Source: Giardia intestinalis | Taxonomy: Eukaryota | Reading direction: 5' to 3' (one strand) | Assembly: GCA_000002435.2 (NCBI GenBank) | Contig: CM018793.1 | Length of the DNA stretch: 64,000 nucleotides | Shown: piece after piece, positions 1 through 11,200 of the stretch | Layout of the letters: each line of letters begins with the position of its first letter | How positions within the stretch are numbered: position 1 is the stretch's first letter | Position numbers and translations under genes: made by a program | The notes under the pieces: generated by a model | What the model was told of the DNA's origin: nothing | The model's input: only the letters and a program-made list of their open reading frames with translations | Database searches by the model: none

Positions 1-166
1 TGAAACGGCGTTTATTGCTCATAGACTATCCCGGCAGCTCTCGGAAAAGGTATTTCTTCTAGGAGCTCTAACAATACGTCAATCTTGCAACATCTCCACT
101 ATATCTGAAAGTGCCCTTCCAGGGTATGACAGTGCATCTGAAATTCTTCCCTCTTGTAATACCAGC

Positions 167-829
167 ATGACGTCCGAGTGCTCAGGTGAGAACAAGCAAC
201 AGACGGATGGGGGGACGCTTCTCAGCAATCTGGGCAAAAAAGCGACGACAGGCCTTGGCAAGCTCTTCGGAACACTCGATCCAGAAACAGACTGCATCAT
301 GGAGACTTCTTGTGCCAGGGAGTTACAAAGCACAAATCAGTCCCAATTCTTGCAGCAGCCGCTTCAGACCGGCTCACTAAACCCGTTCACCGTCACTAAA
401 CAGGCGCCCACCTCTCCCAGTATCCTCCATCACCCATATCCTCATAACAGATCCAGCTCATGGCTTAAGGATGTGTCAGAAGGCGTTGATACTCATGCAG
501 GCCCGGACATTTCTTTCTCAGATGAGCTAGGACCACTTCAGTGTACACAGCCCGTTGTGCAGCCACTTGTATCTAAGCTGTCTACTGAGACATCGCCAGA
601 TGTCGCATTTTTCAACGAAGCTGTCTACCCTTCTAGCGCGTCTTCACTCGCGCTTTCTGTAGCATCCACTAACATACCAGTGCCACTGGCACCTCCTTCT
701 GTGGTCACATCAGTTCCTGCAGCTACGCGCGCTCCTGTTCCTCAATATGCTACAATTGCTCGCCGAAATGCGGTCAGAGCGCGAGCAGGACCGGTGAGAC
801 CTCCGACAATGCTGATTCCTACTTCCTAG
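167..829 (+). CDS. hypothetical Ser/Thr/Pro-rich low-complexity protein (220 aa)
   Basis: True ATG at 167 and a long ORF. Sense-strand codon usage looks coding. No recognisable domain. TGTAAAG motif ~25 nt after the stop. Confidence 0.4.
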   Translation: MTSECSGENKQQTDGGTLLSNLGKKATTGLGKLFGTLDPETDCIMETSCARELQSTNQSQFLQQPLQTGSLNPFTVTKQAPTSPSILHHPYPHNRSSSWLKDVSEGVDTHAGPDISFSDELGPLQCTQPVVQPLVSKLSTETSPDVAFFNEAVYPSSASSLALSVASTNIPVPLAPPSVVTSVPAATRAPVPQYATIARRNAVRARAGPVRPPTMLIPTS

Positions 830-877
830 CAAGATCTTAAAACCTCAGAAGTCGATATGTATCATGTAAAGACGCAC

Positions 878-1030
878 TCAGAGGCTTTTTTGCCTTGATG
901 CAGGTGGTAGGACTGCAGACCAATACCTTTGGACATTGTACCGATGCTTCTGTCCATTAATATGGGAGATGATGCTTTGCATCGTCCCTCGCCTCAGACG
1001 TATTTTACAATATGGGCAAAAGTACCTCAT
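878..1030 (-). CDS. small U1-type (matrin-type) C2H2 zinc finger protein, U1 snRNP protein C-like (51 aa from first ATG)
   Basis: MRYFCPYCKIRLRRGTMQSIISHINGQKHRYNVQRYW fits the U1-C N-terminal pattern M-x-[KR]-[FY]-[YF]-C-x-Y-C...L...S...H..G.KH..NV..Y[YW]. The track ORF starts at a TTG codon at 1060. The first ATG is at 1030. Confidence 0.5.
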   Translation of the reverse strand: MRYFCPYCKIRLRRGTMQSIISHINGQKHRYNVQRYWSAVLPPASRQKSL

Positions 1031-1202
1031 TGGACTTTTGCGACAGATTTGCAGAATCAATAAAATAATGATCCACGTCTATTCATTGAAAGGACTCACA
1101 TTACTGCGCTAGAGATGCGGTCCGATTCCGTTCAGCAAATGGGGAAATCTTATTTTAGGTCAATAATTTTCAAAAGCATATTTTTCATTTCTTTATTTGC
1201 AA

Positions 1203-2600
1203 ATGAGCATGCTGGTGGGGCTCCTTTTCCTCGCTTGCGCGTGCTTTTCACGGGAAGCGTGGCCTAAGCCTATGCAAGTGATCAATACGTCCTTTGATAA
1301 CTCGCCTTTTGTGAGCTTGTTTGCAGCCCAGACCGCAAAACATGCTAAGACAATACGAGAGGTCCTGGATCGTATAAGGTCCCAATATCTCAATGTTGCT
1401 GACATAATTGAGTTTGAGACGTACGTTAATAATGCGTACAGCTCCGATTTGGCAGCAGAGTTTGTCCGCGCGGTGCCGGACACTAAGTACACAGACTTTC
1501 TCCTCTATAACAGCTTCTTTGAGGTGGCGTCAAACTCCATGGTAGCCCTCATGTCCGGGGTGTCTCCGGTTGGGACCTATATGGGCTACTCGCAAACGAT
1601 AGATAATAAGATATCCTACGCTGACGAGCTCTATAAGTACCTGCAAGAGTTGACCTACGAGGTTAACTATATGGATGGCGAGTATTCTGCGGTCGCCGTC
1701 ACGTTTGCTGGCTCCTTTGGGTATTCGATCACACGCTCTGACTATGCGGAGCTGATCATATCTCGAGTTTTCGACAACGGCGGCAAGAAGCCCTTCCCTG
1801 CGATCCAGGACGACAACCATTTTTCATTCCTTGTGACTGAGTTGGCCAAGAAACTCGCAGATGGATATGAGCTGCCTTCACAGCTTTTCCAGTCGTTTAT
1901 CTATGAAATCTACGAAACGAAGAGTCTCCCCACGCCTACAGCGTCTGACTATTTTATTAGGAGCGGAAGCAGGAACTACCCTTATTCCTATCTCATTGCA
2001 TTTGCCAACTTTGCAGAATATATGGGACAGATTCTTACCACAGATAGTGTTGGGTATTCGCGCACGCTGGACCCAAGCACAGACGATGGGTGGCGCATTG
2101 TGCAGTCTCCAGAGCGTTACAATATGGAGAAGCCAATGAAATCCGATTTCCGCATCATTCAGATTGAGCGCGCTCTGGACTCTAATGTTAAGGATAGTCG
2201 TACCCTAGACTCATTCAGCAACATGCTCCGAACGTATCCGTTCCGACAGTCGACGACCGTTTACATCACCACGTTTAGTGGCACTGAGGAGGTGTCTAAT
2301 CTGCAGAAGTGCACAAACATCATGGATGCTGCTAAATCCATAGTCGCTTGCGCTGATCCTCCTCCCCCAACCAACTGGCTAAGCGTAGTACTAAGCTTGG
2401 CTCTCATTGTGGTCATCATTGTCGGTTGGGTCTTTGGGATTAAGAATGCGAAGAAATATGAGCAAGGCCTATACGAAAACGCTAGAGACACCAAGAGCCC
2501 CAAGGCAAAGAGGGGGATTGAGAAGTCCTCCACAGACCAAGTTTCCCGGGAGAATGCGCCGCTGAAAGACTCAGGGAGCAACGATGAGATTGTAGTGTGA
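1203..2600 (+). CDS. hypothetical type I membrane protein (signal peptide plus a single C-terminal TM)
   Basis: The track start at 1197 is TTG. The ATG at 1203 is preceded by ...ctttatttgcaa. N-terminal hydrophobic signal-like segment MSMLVGLLFLACACF. C-terminal TM LSVVLSLALIVVIIVGWVFG followed by a basic tail. Confidence 0.65.
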   Translation: MSMLVGLLFLACACFSREAWPKPMQVINTSFDNSPFVSLFAAQTAKHAKTIREVLDRIRSQYLNVADIIEFETYVNNAYSSDLAAEFVRAVPDTKYTDFLLYNSFFEVASNSMVALMSGVSPVGTYMGYSQTIDNKISYADELYKYLQELTYEVNYMDGEYSAVAVTFAGSFGYSITRSDYAELIISRVFDNGGKKPFPAIQDDNHFSFLVTELAKKLADGYELPSQLFQSFIYEIYETKSLPTPTASDYFIRSGSRNYPYSYLIAFANFAEYMGQILTTDSVGYSRTLDPSTDDGWRIVQSPERYNMEKPMKSDFRIIQIERALDSNVKDSRTLDSFSNMLRTYPFRQSTTVYITTFSGTEEVSNLQKCTNIMDAAKSIVACADPPPPTNWLSVVLSLALIVVIIVGWVFGIKNAKKYEQGLYENARDTKSPKAKRGIEKSSTDQVSRENAPLKDSGSNDEIVV

Positions 2601-2668
2601 CCGGATTGTGCAGAGTACTGAGTAGACTTACGCACTGTAACTGAGGGCTGTAAATTAAGGCTGTTGGA

Positions 2669-5600
2669 TCACTGCGTTGACACTCTTTGCGGGCCCGCCA
2701 AGGCCGCGAAGATGGACTCAATATGGTCTGCAAGATCGATATTTATATAATCGTTCTTCTCTATGTAGCTATTAATTAATCGGGCGCCCTCGTTGAATAT
2801 CGTTCGCAGTCTATCCCCAGGGTCACTCTGAAAAGGTACCGCTTTGTCTGGCACAGTATAGAGAACTGACGTTAGATCAAAGAGAAGAGAAAAGAAAAGT
2901 AACTGGTCACGTAGCATGGAGGACGTGAAGACAGGAACTAGCATCCCGCCACAGCCAGGGACTCCGCAGTCTTTGCCAGAAAGGGTGGCGATCGCATATT
3001 TCTTATACTGTATATTGTAAGCGTCTAGCTGGCTTGTGTAGCATCCCGGATAAATCTTTCTCCGTACTTCTTCCGTAAGGTACAAGGGACACGTTTGATG
3101 CACACAGTACGAAAGCTGTGCTTCATAAAGCCTAAACATCTGTGCGAGCTGCTTATGGAGCGATGACACAAAACAGCCCAAATTTAGGCGGCATCCACAG
3201 CGTAGGACATCGAAGTCCAGTGGGGAAAGAAGAGGCTCGTCACCCTGGATCGCCTTTTCCTTTCTGAATGCGTTTGACGGTGTTTCAAGGTCTGGGTGTG
3301 GCGTAACTATAACTTCTTCAGATGAGCGATAGTCTCTGAGCGGCGGAGGCCATGCAGTAACAGATTTCGGGTTTCCGCAGGCACAATGGTATATGAAGCA
3401 GCAGCAGGATCCATACCGACGCCGCACTTCAATACTGTACTCTTGCCTATTGAAGCCAGTGAGTTGCTCTTCAGATACAGTATCTGCAATATAGTCCCGA
3501 GAGTCTAGTCCAAAGCACTCAGCAAGCTGGCCTGCGGAGAGATCGGGTACATAGCTACATACACGCTGTAATGGGGGAATTATTTGGCTCTTGATGTACC
3601 ACTCAATGTCCAGGACATTAACAAGTGGACAGCCTGAAAGATACTGAGAGTAGTATTCAAATGGTATGGATCTGCGTGCGATATCTCCACTGGAACTTAC
3701 AGAGGCCTGCTTCAGATCTGGGGCATCGTTAAAGGCAGCCTGCTTACTATCCTTACCCATTGCTACCTGCAATGCCGAGATACCCTTATTGCTTAGGACA
3801 AGGTATTCAATAATATCCCCTATTCTAACAGGCTTACCAACCCGTTGTAGTTCCCTTGCCACAAAGACGTGCGGCAACTGAGTAACGGCAGTGGCAGAGT
3901 ACTGGTGGAGTTGCTTGGTCAGAGATTTGGTCATTTTGAACTGCTGGGCGTATTTGAGCTCGCGAGCAGGTGTGCGGGAGGCTAATATATCTTTGTAGGA
4001 GGCTACAAGCATATTGAGTAGGTTGCTGGCAATCACATTTTGAGGATAGCCCATTATGATTTCCAGGGCCCGCTTGGAGATAGTTCTGGAAATAGGACAC
4101 CAATCTCTGCGGACAAGGTCTAGCCCCTTGTACTCCAGTGCAACAGAGAAGTCTGGAAACAGGCGCGTTGCAGCGTACTTTTTCTTCTGAAGAAGTAGAT
4201 ATTTTATAAAGATATAATCTAGGCCTAGCTGAAGGTACTTCCGATCTTCTCCCACTCTACTGCTGATAGTTGTGGCTATTGCCTTGACTTGAGCCATAAT
4301 TTTGTGTTTCTCTGATTTGTTGTATTCAATATTTGTTTTGATCATGATGGAATCTGTGTCTCCATAAATGACTTGATATCCTTGCTGCTTTGCTATGTTG
4401 CTGGCTCGAGTCAATTCCAGCCTGCCTCTGGCCGGAATGCGAGCTGCTACGTGAGGACAATAGAATCGTCCGTACTGATAACCTAGAGAGCCATACATGG
4501 CATTGGCGCACAGCTTGATAGCAAGCTGTGAAATCTCCAACATCTTCAGGCGTTGGCTGATTGTCTTATCATCCTTAACTTGCATGGCTTCGAGGTCCTT
4601 GATTTTTCTCTTTATGGCCTGTCTCTGTGTGATAAGCCGTGCAATAATCTTCGGCAGAATAACTGTGTGACTAATTTGCTTAGAGGCACGAACCTCTTCC
4701 TCTATCGTCTGGTTCCAGGTATCCTGTGGATCTGCGTGTAAGTGGATTAAACCCGATGGGTCGTCGGTAGTATTGGTGGGATCGGGCCAAGTGACGTAGT
4801 TTTGAGGATCTAGGGTTGTAAAGCATAGACTGTACTCACGAATGATATTTGGATAGAGACTATTAAAATCCAATACTATTACTATTTTATCATGAAATCC
4901 TGCTACAGGATCCATAACATAGCCACCCTCATACCCAGCCCCATGCCGAGCTTCCTCAGTTGCATCAGCGGCTGTATCATCCTTTGGCCTGAACTCGTCG
5001 TGACTTTTAGCACTTTGCTCATGTGTCTTATACTCCGTGTCAGGAAGTATGTACGGCATTACAAAGAAGTTATACAATATAAGGCTCTCTGCTCGTCTGG
5101 CACGGCCAATTGAACACACAAGCTGCCAAGGCAGAGCAGTTAGCTGAGAGATTCGGCAGGTAAGTGGAATATAATTTAGCGCATTTGCAATTCCGATGAG
5201 AGCTAGGATTTCAGCAATCAATTCTGGTATCACCTGGGTTTTGAATTGCGCCCCGGCTTTAAGCTTTGACCCTAAATGGGAAGGAGGCGTTAACGTAAGG
5301 TCCCTCTTAAGAAGAGACGATGCTGCATAGTCGATTGTTGTAAGCTTAGTGTCAGTAGAGAACTCACTGATGCCCCTCTCTAAGTCCATAAGTAAGCGTC
5401 CATGGATAGTGTTCATCACATGCCAGCTGCTCCGAGCTGCCTGAAACGTCTTGAATAAATTTTCAATCCGTAAAATTCTGGGATTGAGCCGTGAAAGCCC
5501 AGCTAGGATTGTGTTTTTAAAGGAGTCCGTTGTAAGGCACGACCGAGAGTGCCACATGGTGTTGTAAAGGTGAAAGTAAATGTTGTGGCCCATTATGATA

Positions 5601-7861
5601 TCCGGATTAAAATGCATCAAAACCTTAGAAAGCTCCTCGTAAAGCTGGAGCTCTTTGTCTACCAACTTTATGCGTATGCTGATCGTCGCAGAGTCGCTTA
5701 GGGGTTCCTTGTTAAGTGAATCGTAACTTAGTTTAGATAGTGGGACAATGTGGCTGCTGTCGGACGGCATGTTTATGTGGACAAGCTTCCGCGCCAGGAT
5801 ATGCGTCTGTGTAAGGAGCTCCGTCTGGAAACTGGCCCCCTCTGCAGAATACCCTGGATGGTACGTGACTGTGATCGTCGTGGCAACATTTTTGACTACG
5901 GGTGCTATGTTCTTTCCTGTTTTTGAGGAGGGCTGCACTCGACTAGCCTCTGGAATGTAGCGCACCTGCACCGTACACACAGATAACAGCGGTAGCGGTG
6001 TCGTATTCTGATCCTTTTTGGTGCCAAACTTGTAGATAGGCCGTATAACAGAATCAGATTGAGATTGCTGTAGGCTCGTATGGAATTCGTGATAGACCAG
6101 CGTGCAACTCCTACTATCTGAATATAGGGATATAGCTTGAGGGAGGGTGAGCTTCGGATGCTGCTTAATAAGTGCCGAGATTGCTTGAGTACGAGCTTTG
6201 TAGAAGTCCCAGTCTATCTGAGTGACATGGAGCCACATTGGTCCTGAAATGCGTGTCTTAGCCAACCAGTACTCTAGTGGAGAGATGGTGTGCCCGACAA
6301 CTGCTTCTACACCGATATCGAACTGCAAATTGGCAGCGGCCGCATCACCTACATCCTTCCGAACACCAAGTACCTGTGGTCCAAAGAACATCGGGCTCAC
6401 TGGGGGTTTGTTGGCGGGATAAGTCACTTCGATCCAAACCCTAGGGTGTCTAGGAAGAGTGCGCTCGTTGAACACATAGCGCCTCCACACAGGCCTTACG
6501 GTAACCGTACTGGAATTAATGCCATGTTTCTGCAGTACTTCAAGGATATCCGCTTTCAGTTTTAGAAAGACGCTTATGTTGACAAGATCCGCCTGGTGAC
6601 GCTGTGTGTCATCCGGGAGGATGGGTTGATCTAAGCACATGTAATCTATCTCGTCATTATACGTGGGATCTGGTACTTTAGCATAGACTCGCTCAAATAG
6701 AGCATTAATTTCATCTGAGGTCATAGTCTTTGTATCGCAATTCTCAATAGGACCATGGGGAAGAATATAAAAGATGCGCCGCAGACCCTTAACAACTACA
6801 CAAGCGCTCTGGGCTCGATTGACATAGGGGTTAGTGGCATTAAACTTTTTACCGTCTTCTGGAGTGGTTAGCACCTTCCCCCATAGTAGCGCAATATCAT
6901 CGGCCTGGGGCATCAACTCGATATTGTAACAGAACATCAAGAGGGTGTTATTTCGCACCATTTTATCAGAAAGAGGATGGATATCTTTTTCCACTGACAA
7001 GGAGTATGGGTCTGTGTCCACTAAGGTTTTGAATTGCATCTCATTGAGCTGACAAGACTGTGGGCATGAGTCCTCCTGCTCTGCCTCAAATCCAAGGGGA
7101 TCCATGGTCAGCTCTGTGATAAGAAGGCCTGCCTCCTCGGTACTATCAAAGTTATGATAATTGCTTGTGCCTGTTGGTTCGGTATTCTCTGTGAGCGCAC
7201 CCTTGAGATCAGAATGATCATGCTTAAAGGCATGTGCAGTCTCTGTCACGGCTATATTATTTGATAATTTCTGCTGCTCATTGGAGAGAGAAGATAAAGT
7301 GGCTGTAGAAGTAGCAGGGGAAGCAACGGGCGGAGAGTGATCAACGTTGGGCGCGTATTTAGCTTCTGACGTAGTATTAGTAGCTATCTTCCCAGCACGT
7401 GGTAGCACAATTGGTTTCAACTGTGTCGCAGCATATGCAGTAGTTCTCTGGACGTTTGTTAATATTCTATCTGCCATTGAAGTTTGGTCATTGGCTGGGG
7501 CCCGCCCTCGGCCGAGTCGGCTAAATCTCCCGTTGGGTAGTGGCTGTTCTGGGCCAGAGTCAACTTTCTTTAGAATATCTTTCAATGATTCATCCAAAGA
7601 TCGAACAACGTTATCGTTGATCATTCCACTAACACCCGTGAACTTAGATGAGTGCAGAAATGCCTGATTTGTTTGGCGAACTACCTCCGGTTGCTTCTCC
7701 TCTGGCTCTGGCCTTTTCTCAGATCCGACAGTGTCAAGCTTAAGCCCTCCTCTGGCTAAATCATCTGCTTGATATTCTCTTTCTAACTGGTAGTCCCGTC
7801 TGTACGCATCTTCATCATCTGAGAAGAAGCCAGAGGAGCTGCTATTTTCACTGTTAGACAT
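2669..7861 (-). CDS. POLA1: DNA polymerase alpha catalytic subunit (family B), ~1730 aa
   Basis: Motif A DFNSLYPNIIREYSLCFTT, motif B QLAIKLCANAMYGSLGYQYGRFY and motif C VIYGDTDSIMI all match Pol alpha rather than delta or zeta. C-terminal Cys-rich zinc module (CCCFIYHCACGNP... and C..C pairs). The track start at 7894 is GTG. The ATG (MSNSENSS) at 7861 is preceded by aaccgaaaaa. Confidence 0.9.
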   Translation of the reverse strand: MSNSENSSSSGFFSDDEDAYRRDYQLEREYQADDLARGGLKLDTVGSEKRPEPEEKQPEVVRQTNQAFLHSSKFTGVSGMINDNVVRSLDESLKDILKKVDSGPEQPLPNGRFSRLGRGRAPANDQTSMADRILTNVQRTTAYAATQLKPIVLPRAGKIATNTTSEAKYAPNVDHSPPVASPATSTATLSSLSNEQQKLSNNIAVTETAHAFKHDHSDLKGALTENTEPTGTSNYHNFDSTEEAGLLITELTMDPLGFEAEQEDSCPQSCQLNEMQFKTLVDTDPYSLSVEKDIHPLSDKMVRNNTLLMFCYNIELMPQADDIALLWGKVLTTPEDGKKFNATNPYVNRAQSACVVVKGLRRIFYILPHGPIENCDTKTMTSDEINALFERVYAKVPDPTYNDEIDYMCLDQPILPDDTQRHQADLVNISVFLKLKADILEVLQKHGINSSTVTVRPVWRRYVFNERTLPRHPRVWIEVTYPANKPPVSPMFFGPQVLGVRKDVGDAAAANLQFDIGVEAVVGHTISPLEYWLAKTRISGPMWLHVTQIDWDFYKARTQAISALIKQHPKLTLPQAISLYSDSRSCTLVYHEFHTSLQQSQSDSVIRPIYKFGTKKDQNTTPLPLLSVCTVQVRYIPEASRVQPSSKTGKNIAPVVKNVATTITVTYHPGYSAEGASFQTELLTQTHILARKLVHINMPSDSSHIVPLSKLSYDSLNKEPLSDSATISIRIKLVDKELQLYEELSKVLMHFNPDIIMGHNIYFHLYNTMWHSRSCLTTDSFKNTILAGLSRLNPRILRIENLFKTFQAARSSWHVMNTIHGRLLMDLERGISEFSTDTKLTTIDYAASSLLKRDLTLTPPSHLGSKLKAGAQFKTQVIPELIAEILALIGIANALNYIPLTCRISQLTALPWQLVCSIGRARRAESLILYNFFVMPYILPDTEYKTHEQSAKSHDEFRPKDDTAADATEEARHGAGYEGGYVMDPVAGFHDKIVIVLDFNSLYPNIIREYSLCFTTLDPQNYVTWPDPTNTTDDPSGLIHLHADPQDTWNQTIEEEVRASKQISHTVILPKIIARLITQRQAIKRKIKDLEAMQVKDDKTISQRLKMLEISQLAIKLCANAMYGSLGYQYGRFYCPHVAARIPARGRLELTRASNIAKQQGYQVIYGDTDSIMIKTNIEYNKSEKHKIMAQVKAIATTISSRVGEDRKYLQLGLDYIFIKYLLLQKKKYAATRLFPDFSVALEYKGLDLVRRDWCPISRTISKRALEIIMGYPQNVIASNLLNMLVASYKDILASRTPARELKYAQQFKMTKSLTKQLHQYSATAVTQLPHVFVARELQRVGKPVRIGDIIEYLVLSNKGISALQVAMGKDSKQAAFNDAPDLKQASVSSSGDIARRSIPFEYYSQYLSGCPLVNVLDIEWYIKSQIIPPLQRVCSYVPDLSAGQLAECFGLDSRDYIADTVSEEQLTGFNRQEYSIEVRRRYGSCCCFIYHCACGNPKSVTAWPPPLRDYRSSEEVIVTPHPDLETPSNAFRKEKAIQGDEPLLSPLDFDVLRCGCRLNLGCFVSSLHKQLAQMFRLYEAQLSYCVHQTCPLYLTEEVRRKIYPGCYTSQLDAYNIQYKKYAIATLSGKDCGVPGCGGMLVPVFTSSMLRDQLLFFSLLFDLTSVLYTVPDKAVPFQSDPGDRLRTIFNEGARLINSYIEKNDYINIDLADHIESIFAALAGPQRVSTQ

Positions 7862-8229
7862 TTTTTCGGTTGTGAGATTTTTGTTCACAAGCACTTTGGC
7901 GACGTGTTAACTATTTGCTGGGCACTCTTATTATTGTACTGTTTCCTGAACTACATTTGAAGGTACAGATTGTACACCACACTTTAAAATAAAAATGAAC
8001 ACCATCAACAAACATACTGGCCGGTCCTGAGGGTTCACTTCTTGTCTTCTTTGTACCTAGGACAGACAATACATTTTTAGCCCTCTGCATCGAAGGATTG
8101 AGCAGTGGTGTTGACCCTACTGGCATAAGTTCATGAGTTATCGCTCAGCATGTACTCACAGCTAATAGAGCTTTATGAAAGCCCGCTGGCTACCTGGACA
8201 CAAACTTCAAGATAGAGGTGCACGGGGGA

Positions 8230-8236
8230 ATTTACT
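8230..8236 (-). terminator. AGTAAAT putative polyadenylation signal (minus strand) for the 1453-aa gene
   Basis: Plus-strand atttact corresponds to minus-strand AGTAAAT ~25 nt past the stop at 8267-8269. Confidence 0.45.
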
Positions 8237-8266
8237 CAGACAGTAGTGGTCGGAGTAAATACCCCT

Positions 8267-11200
8267 TCACTCCCGTGTTCCTAAGGAATAGGCTCTCGAT
8301 CTAATTATTAGTACGTCCACTTCAGAAACTTTCAATCGCTGTAATAGGTCTAAAATACCATAACATAGCTCATTACCAGAGCAGTCTGCATAATGCAGTA
8401 CGAAGGATAATGATTCCAAAAGAGTAACAACATACTTTTGACGATTGTATCGTGATTCCATTAGGCTGCATATACGTCTAGGAAGTGGACTGCACTTAAG
8501 ATCCGGTAGCATAGAAGAGCTAAAGACAATGTATCTGTCTCCATAGTCTATTGTATCATCCCACTCATCAGTCAACTCATCGGCAAAATCTGCAGTTCTA
8601 AGCCAACACAGCACCTCTGTTACCATTTGCTCCACGGAGTCGCCAAATTGAACAGCAAATATCTTACCAGCCAGAGCTCGGAGCGAGATGTGTGAAGAAA
8701 ATAGAAGATGAATGACTGATTTGAAGAGCCTCAGGTTGTCACTTTGGATGCTAGGAACGTGTGCATATACAAGTCCAGCGCTGAGTATTTGCTCCACTGT
8801 ACAGTCATCTGCCCCTTTTGCATAGATAAATCTTTCGAGAGAGTTTCCGATACGTTCCAAGGCACTGGAATTGAGTCTATCAAGTAGTTTTCGCCGGTCG
8901 AGACCTGTATTATAAAAGGTTGTCTTTGCCACGGTTCCAAAGAGAGACATCCATGCGTTATGTATTTCCCAGCTTGAGCTTTTCATATGCATGATCGAAG
9001 AAATGAGGGCTTCAGATCCTATTCTACGGCTAATTGTAGACATCGTACTCTTTCCATCTCTTGATATGAACGACAGATAAAAGCCCTCTGCGAGATGAAT
9101 GTAGGAGACAAGATTATCGTAGCATGCCAGATCATCAAAGCAATTTGGGTGCCTGAGAAATCTAATGATAAAATTTGCTACAGAGTCGGTAAAAGGGGCC
9201 AGCATGGCACAATGGGTGAAGCAGAGAATTCCATTGACGATACCATATGAGCGCCGCTTGTGGGAGAAAGCCCTTGACACTGTTTTAAATCTATTAAGCA
9301 ACATCGTAGCCATGTCGGTCAGTAACTTAGAAAACTTCTGCCGAAGAGTTAACGAAAGCTCCTTTTCTAACGTGTTAATGAGGGATGAATAGAGAGAGCG
9401 GATATTTTCCGATGTTGTCTTACAGTTTAGAGTTGTTACAAAGAAGGGCACCACGGCCAGTTGACGCATTGCTTCTGTTGGATCTGTTTTAAGAAAGGAT
9501 TTCCACAAGTCTACGCATCCGAAAAGACGCCTTATGTATGACATAGGATAGGTGCTTAATAGCATTGAGAGATTCTCGCTTCTGACAGTAAACCGCTGGG
9601 ACATGAGGTAGTCATGCGTGCCTGGGCTAATGGGATATGGAAGGATCGTGTTGACAGAGAAGCGAGAGGTGTCAGGAATAACCACTTCTTGCGCTGGGTC
9701 AAAGGGGACACCGTCACTCTGTCCTTCACTAGGTCTCTCTGCAACACACTGCTCCAAGCTTAACGTTCTGCCTCCTGCAAGACAATAGTGATCTATGACT
9801 GGAACGTATATTTCTTCCGTAAGTAGCCTGCCGAACTCAGCGCTGTGCATCTCACTTGGTCGACTAATTCCAAAGGACACCCACCCCATGGGGACATGTA
9901 GACACGTGGGCATCAGTTTCAACGGCATATTGACAATAGATGCTAGCGTATTCAAGAGCTCTAGAAAGAAAGGAGTATACAACCATAACATACGATATGC
10001 AGGAGAGTTGATAGCCGCGGGCTGTCTCTTCACATATACGTCCCCAACCAGGACGGATGTTCCGTTGGGACTCGTCACCGTCTGCATCGAGCTGGTACCC
10101 GTAGAGCTACTTGAGCTTGGAGTGCCCAAAGGAGAGCGCAACCTTCTATCACGTGGTTGTGAGTTAATAGGAGACAAAACGTAGGAGACGGTAAGCAGCT
10201 TATTTGCGCCCTGATCAGTTGTATTTGCACCTTCGAATATGTAATTTAAAATCTGAGAAATACGGTATCCTGCATCGGAAACAACCTGCTTTACATCTTG
10301 CTCTGAAATACTTCGGCGTGGCTCATCCACAAAGAGGACAAGAGAGCTGGAGTTCTTACAGAGTATGAAGAAGTTCAGCAGACCAATTATTATGCCAAGA
10401 AGCTCGTCGTTCTCCACTGTCTGATACGCACTATAGGAATACTTAATGAAGTACCCAAGCATGCGCCCTATACGGATGGGGATATCCACAGTGGACGTAT
10501 CTATACTAATCGATAGAGAATAGGACACGAATGCTTTGTTGGTAGCCAATATTATAGCCTGGAAGTTACAGTTGTCGATGCACTCATCAACAAACTTTGC
10601 ACAGAGTATGTCTAAATAAGTATCTGGAAGGTGTGTGAATAGGCAAGAACCTAAGGTGAGTAGCTGCAACGTAATCATCTCATTTATGTGAAACTTTGAA
10701 ATAATACTTCCGTTGGATTCGGCTTCCTGCAAAGACGTTGTAAAGCAATCCAGGCCTCCCTGGACAAACAGAAAGTGTAAGACGCTGAGAGGAGCGTACT
10801 CTTGCGATTCGCTCCCAAGCATTCCAGGGACCAGAGCGCTTGAAAATAAGGCTGTATACTTTGATAGCAAAGGCTCTAGCTGTGCATAAACAACTTGTGC
10901 GGTGTCTCGATCAGCGCCACCAAAGAAGAATTTGAATAGTAGGGCATACTCCTTCTGGTGTAAATTGGTTCCGAAGGTATTGTTGATAGCAAGCAGAAGA
11001 GGCCCTAAGGGAAACAAAATAACTTTGCTATTAGCTGGGACACCGCAACAAAGATCGCTATAGTAGCAGTGAGTATCCATGGATGTTGTGAGAAAGTCCT
11101 TGAAAAGCCCGATCGTGCAGTCTTTAATTTGCTCATCTCCAGGAGCAAGGGATGTCACACTCAATAAAAACTGACAGAGCACCTCTTTGCTGATGTTAAT

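Noticed and set aside
5970-5990. ACACACAG resembling the 3' end of Giardia introns
   Set aside because: The preceding bases (CCGTAC) do not match the fused branch/3' splice-site motif (CT[AG]AC ACACAG), and it lies antisense inside the Pol alpha coding region with no GTATGT donor nearby.
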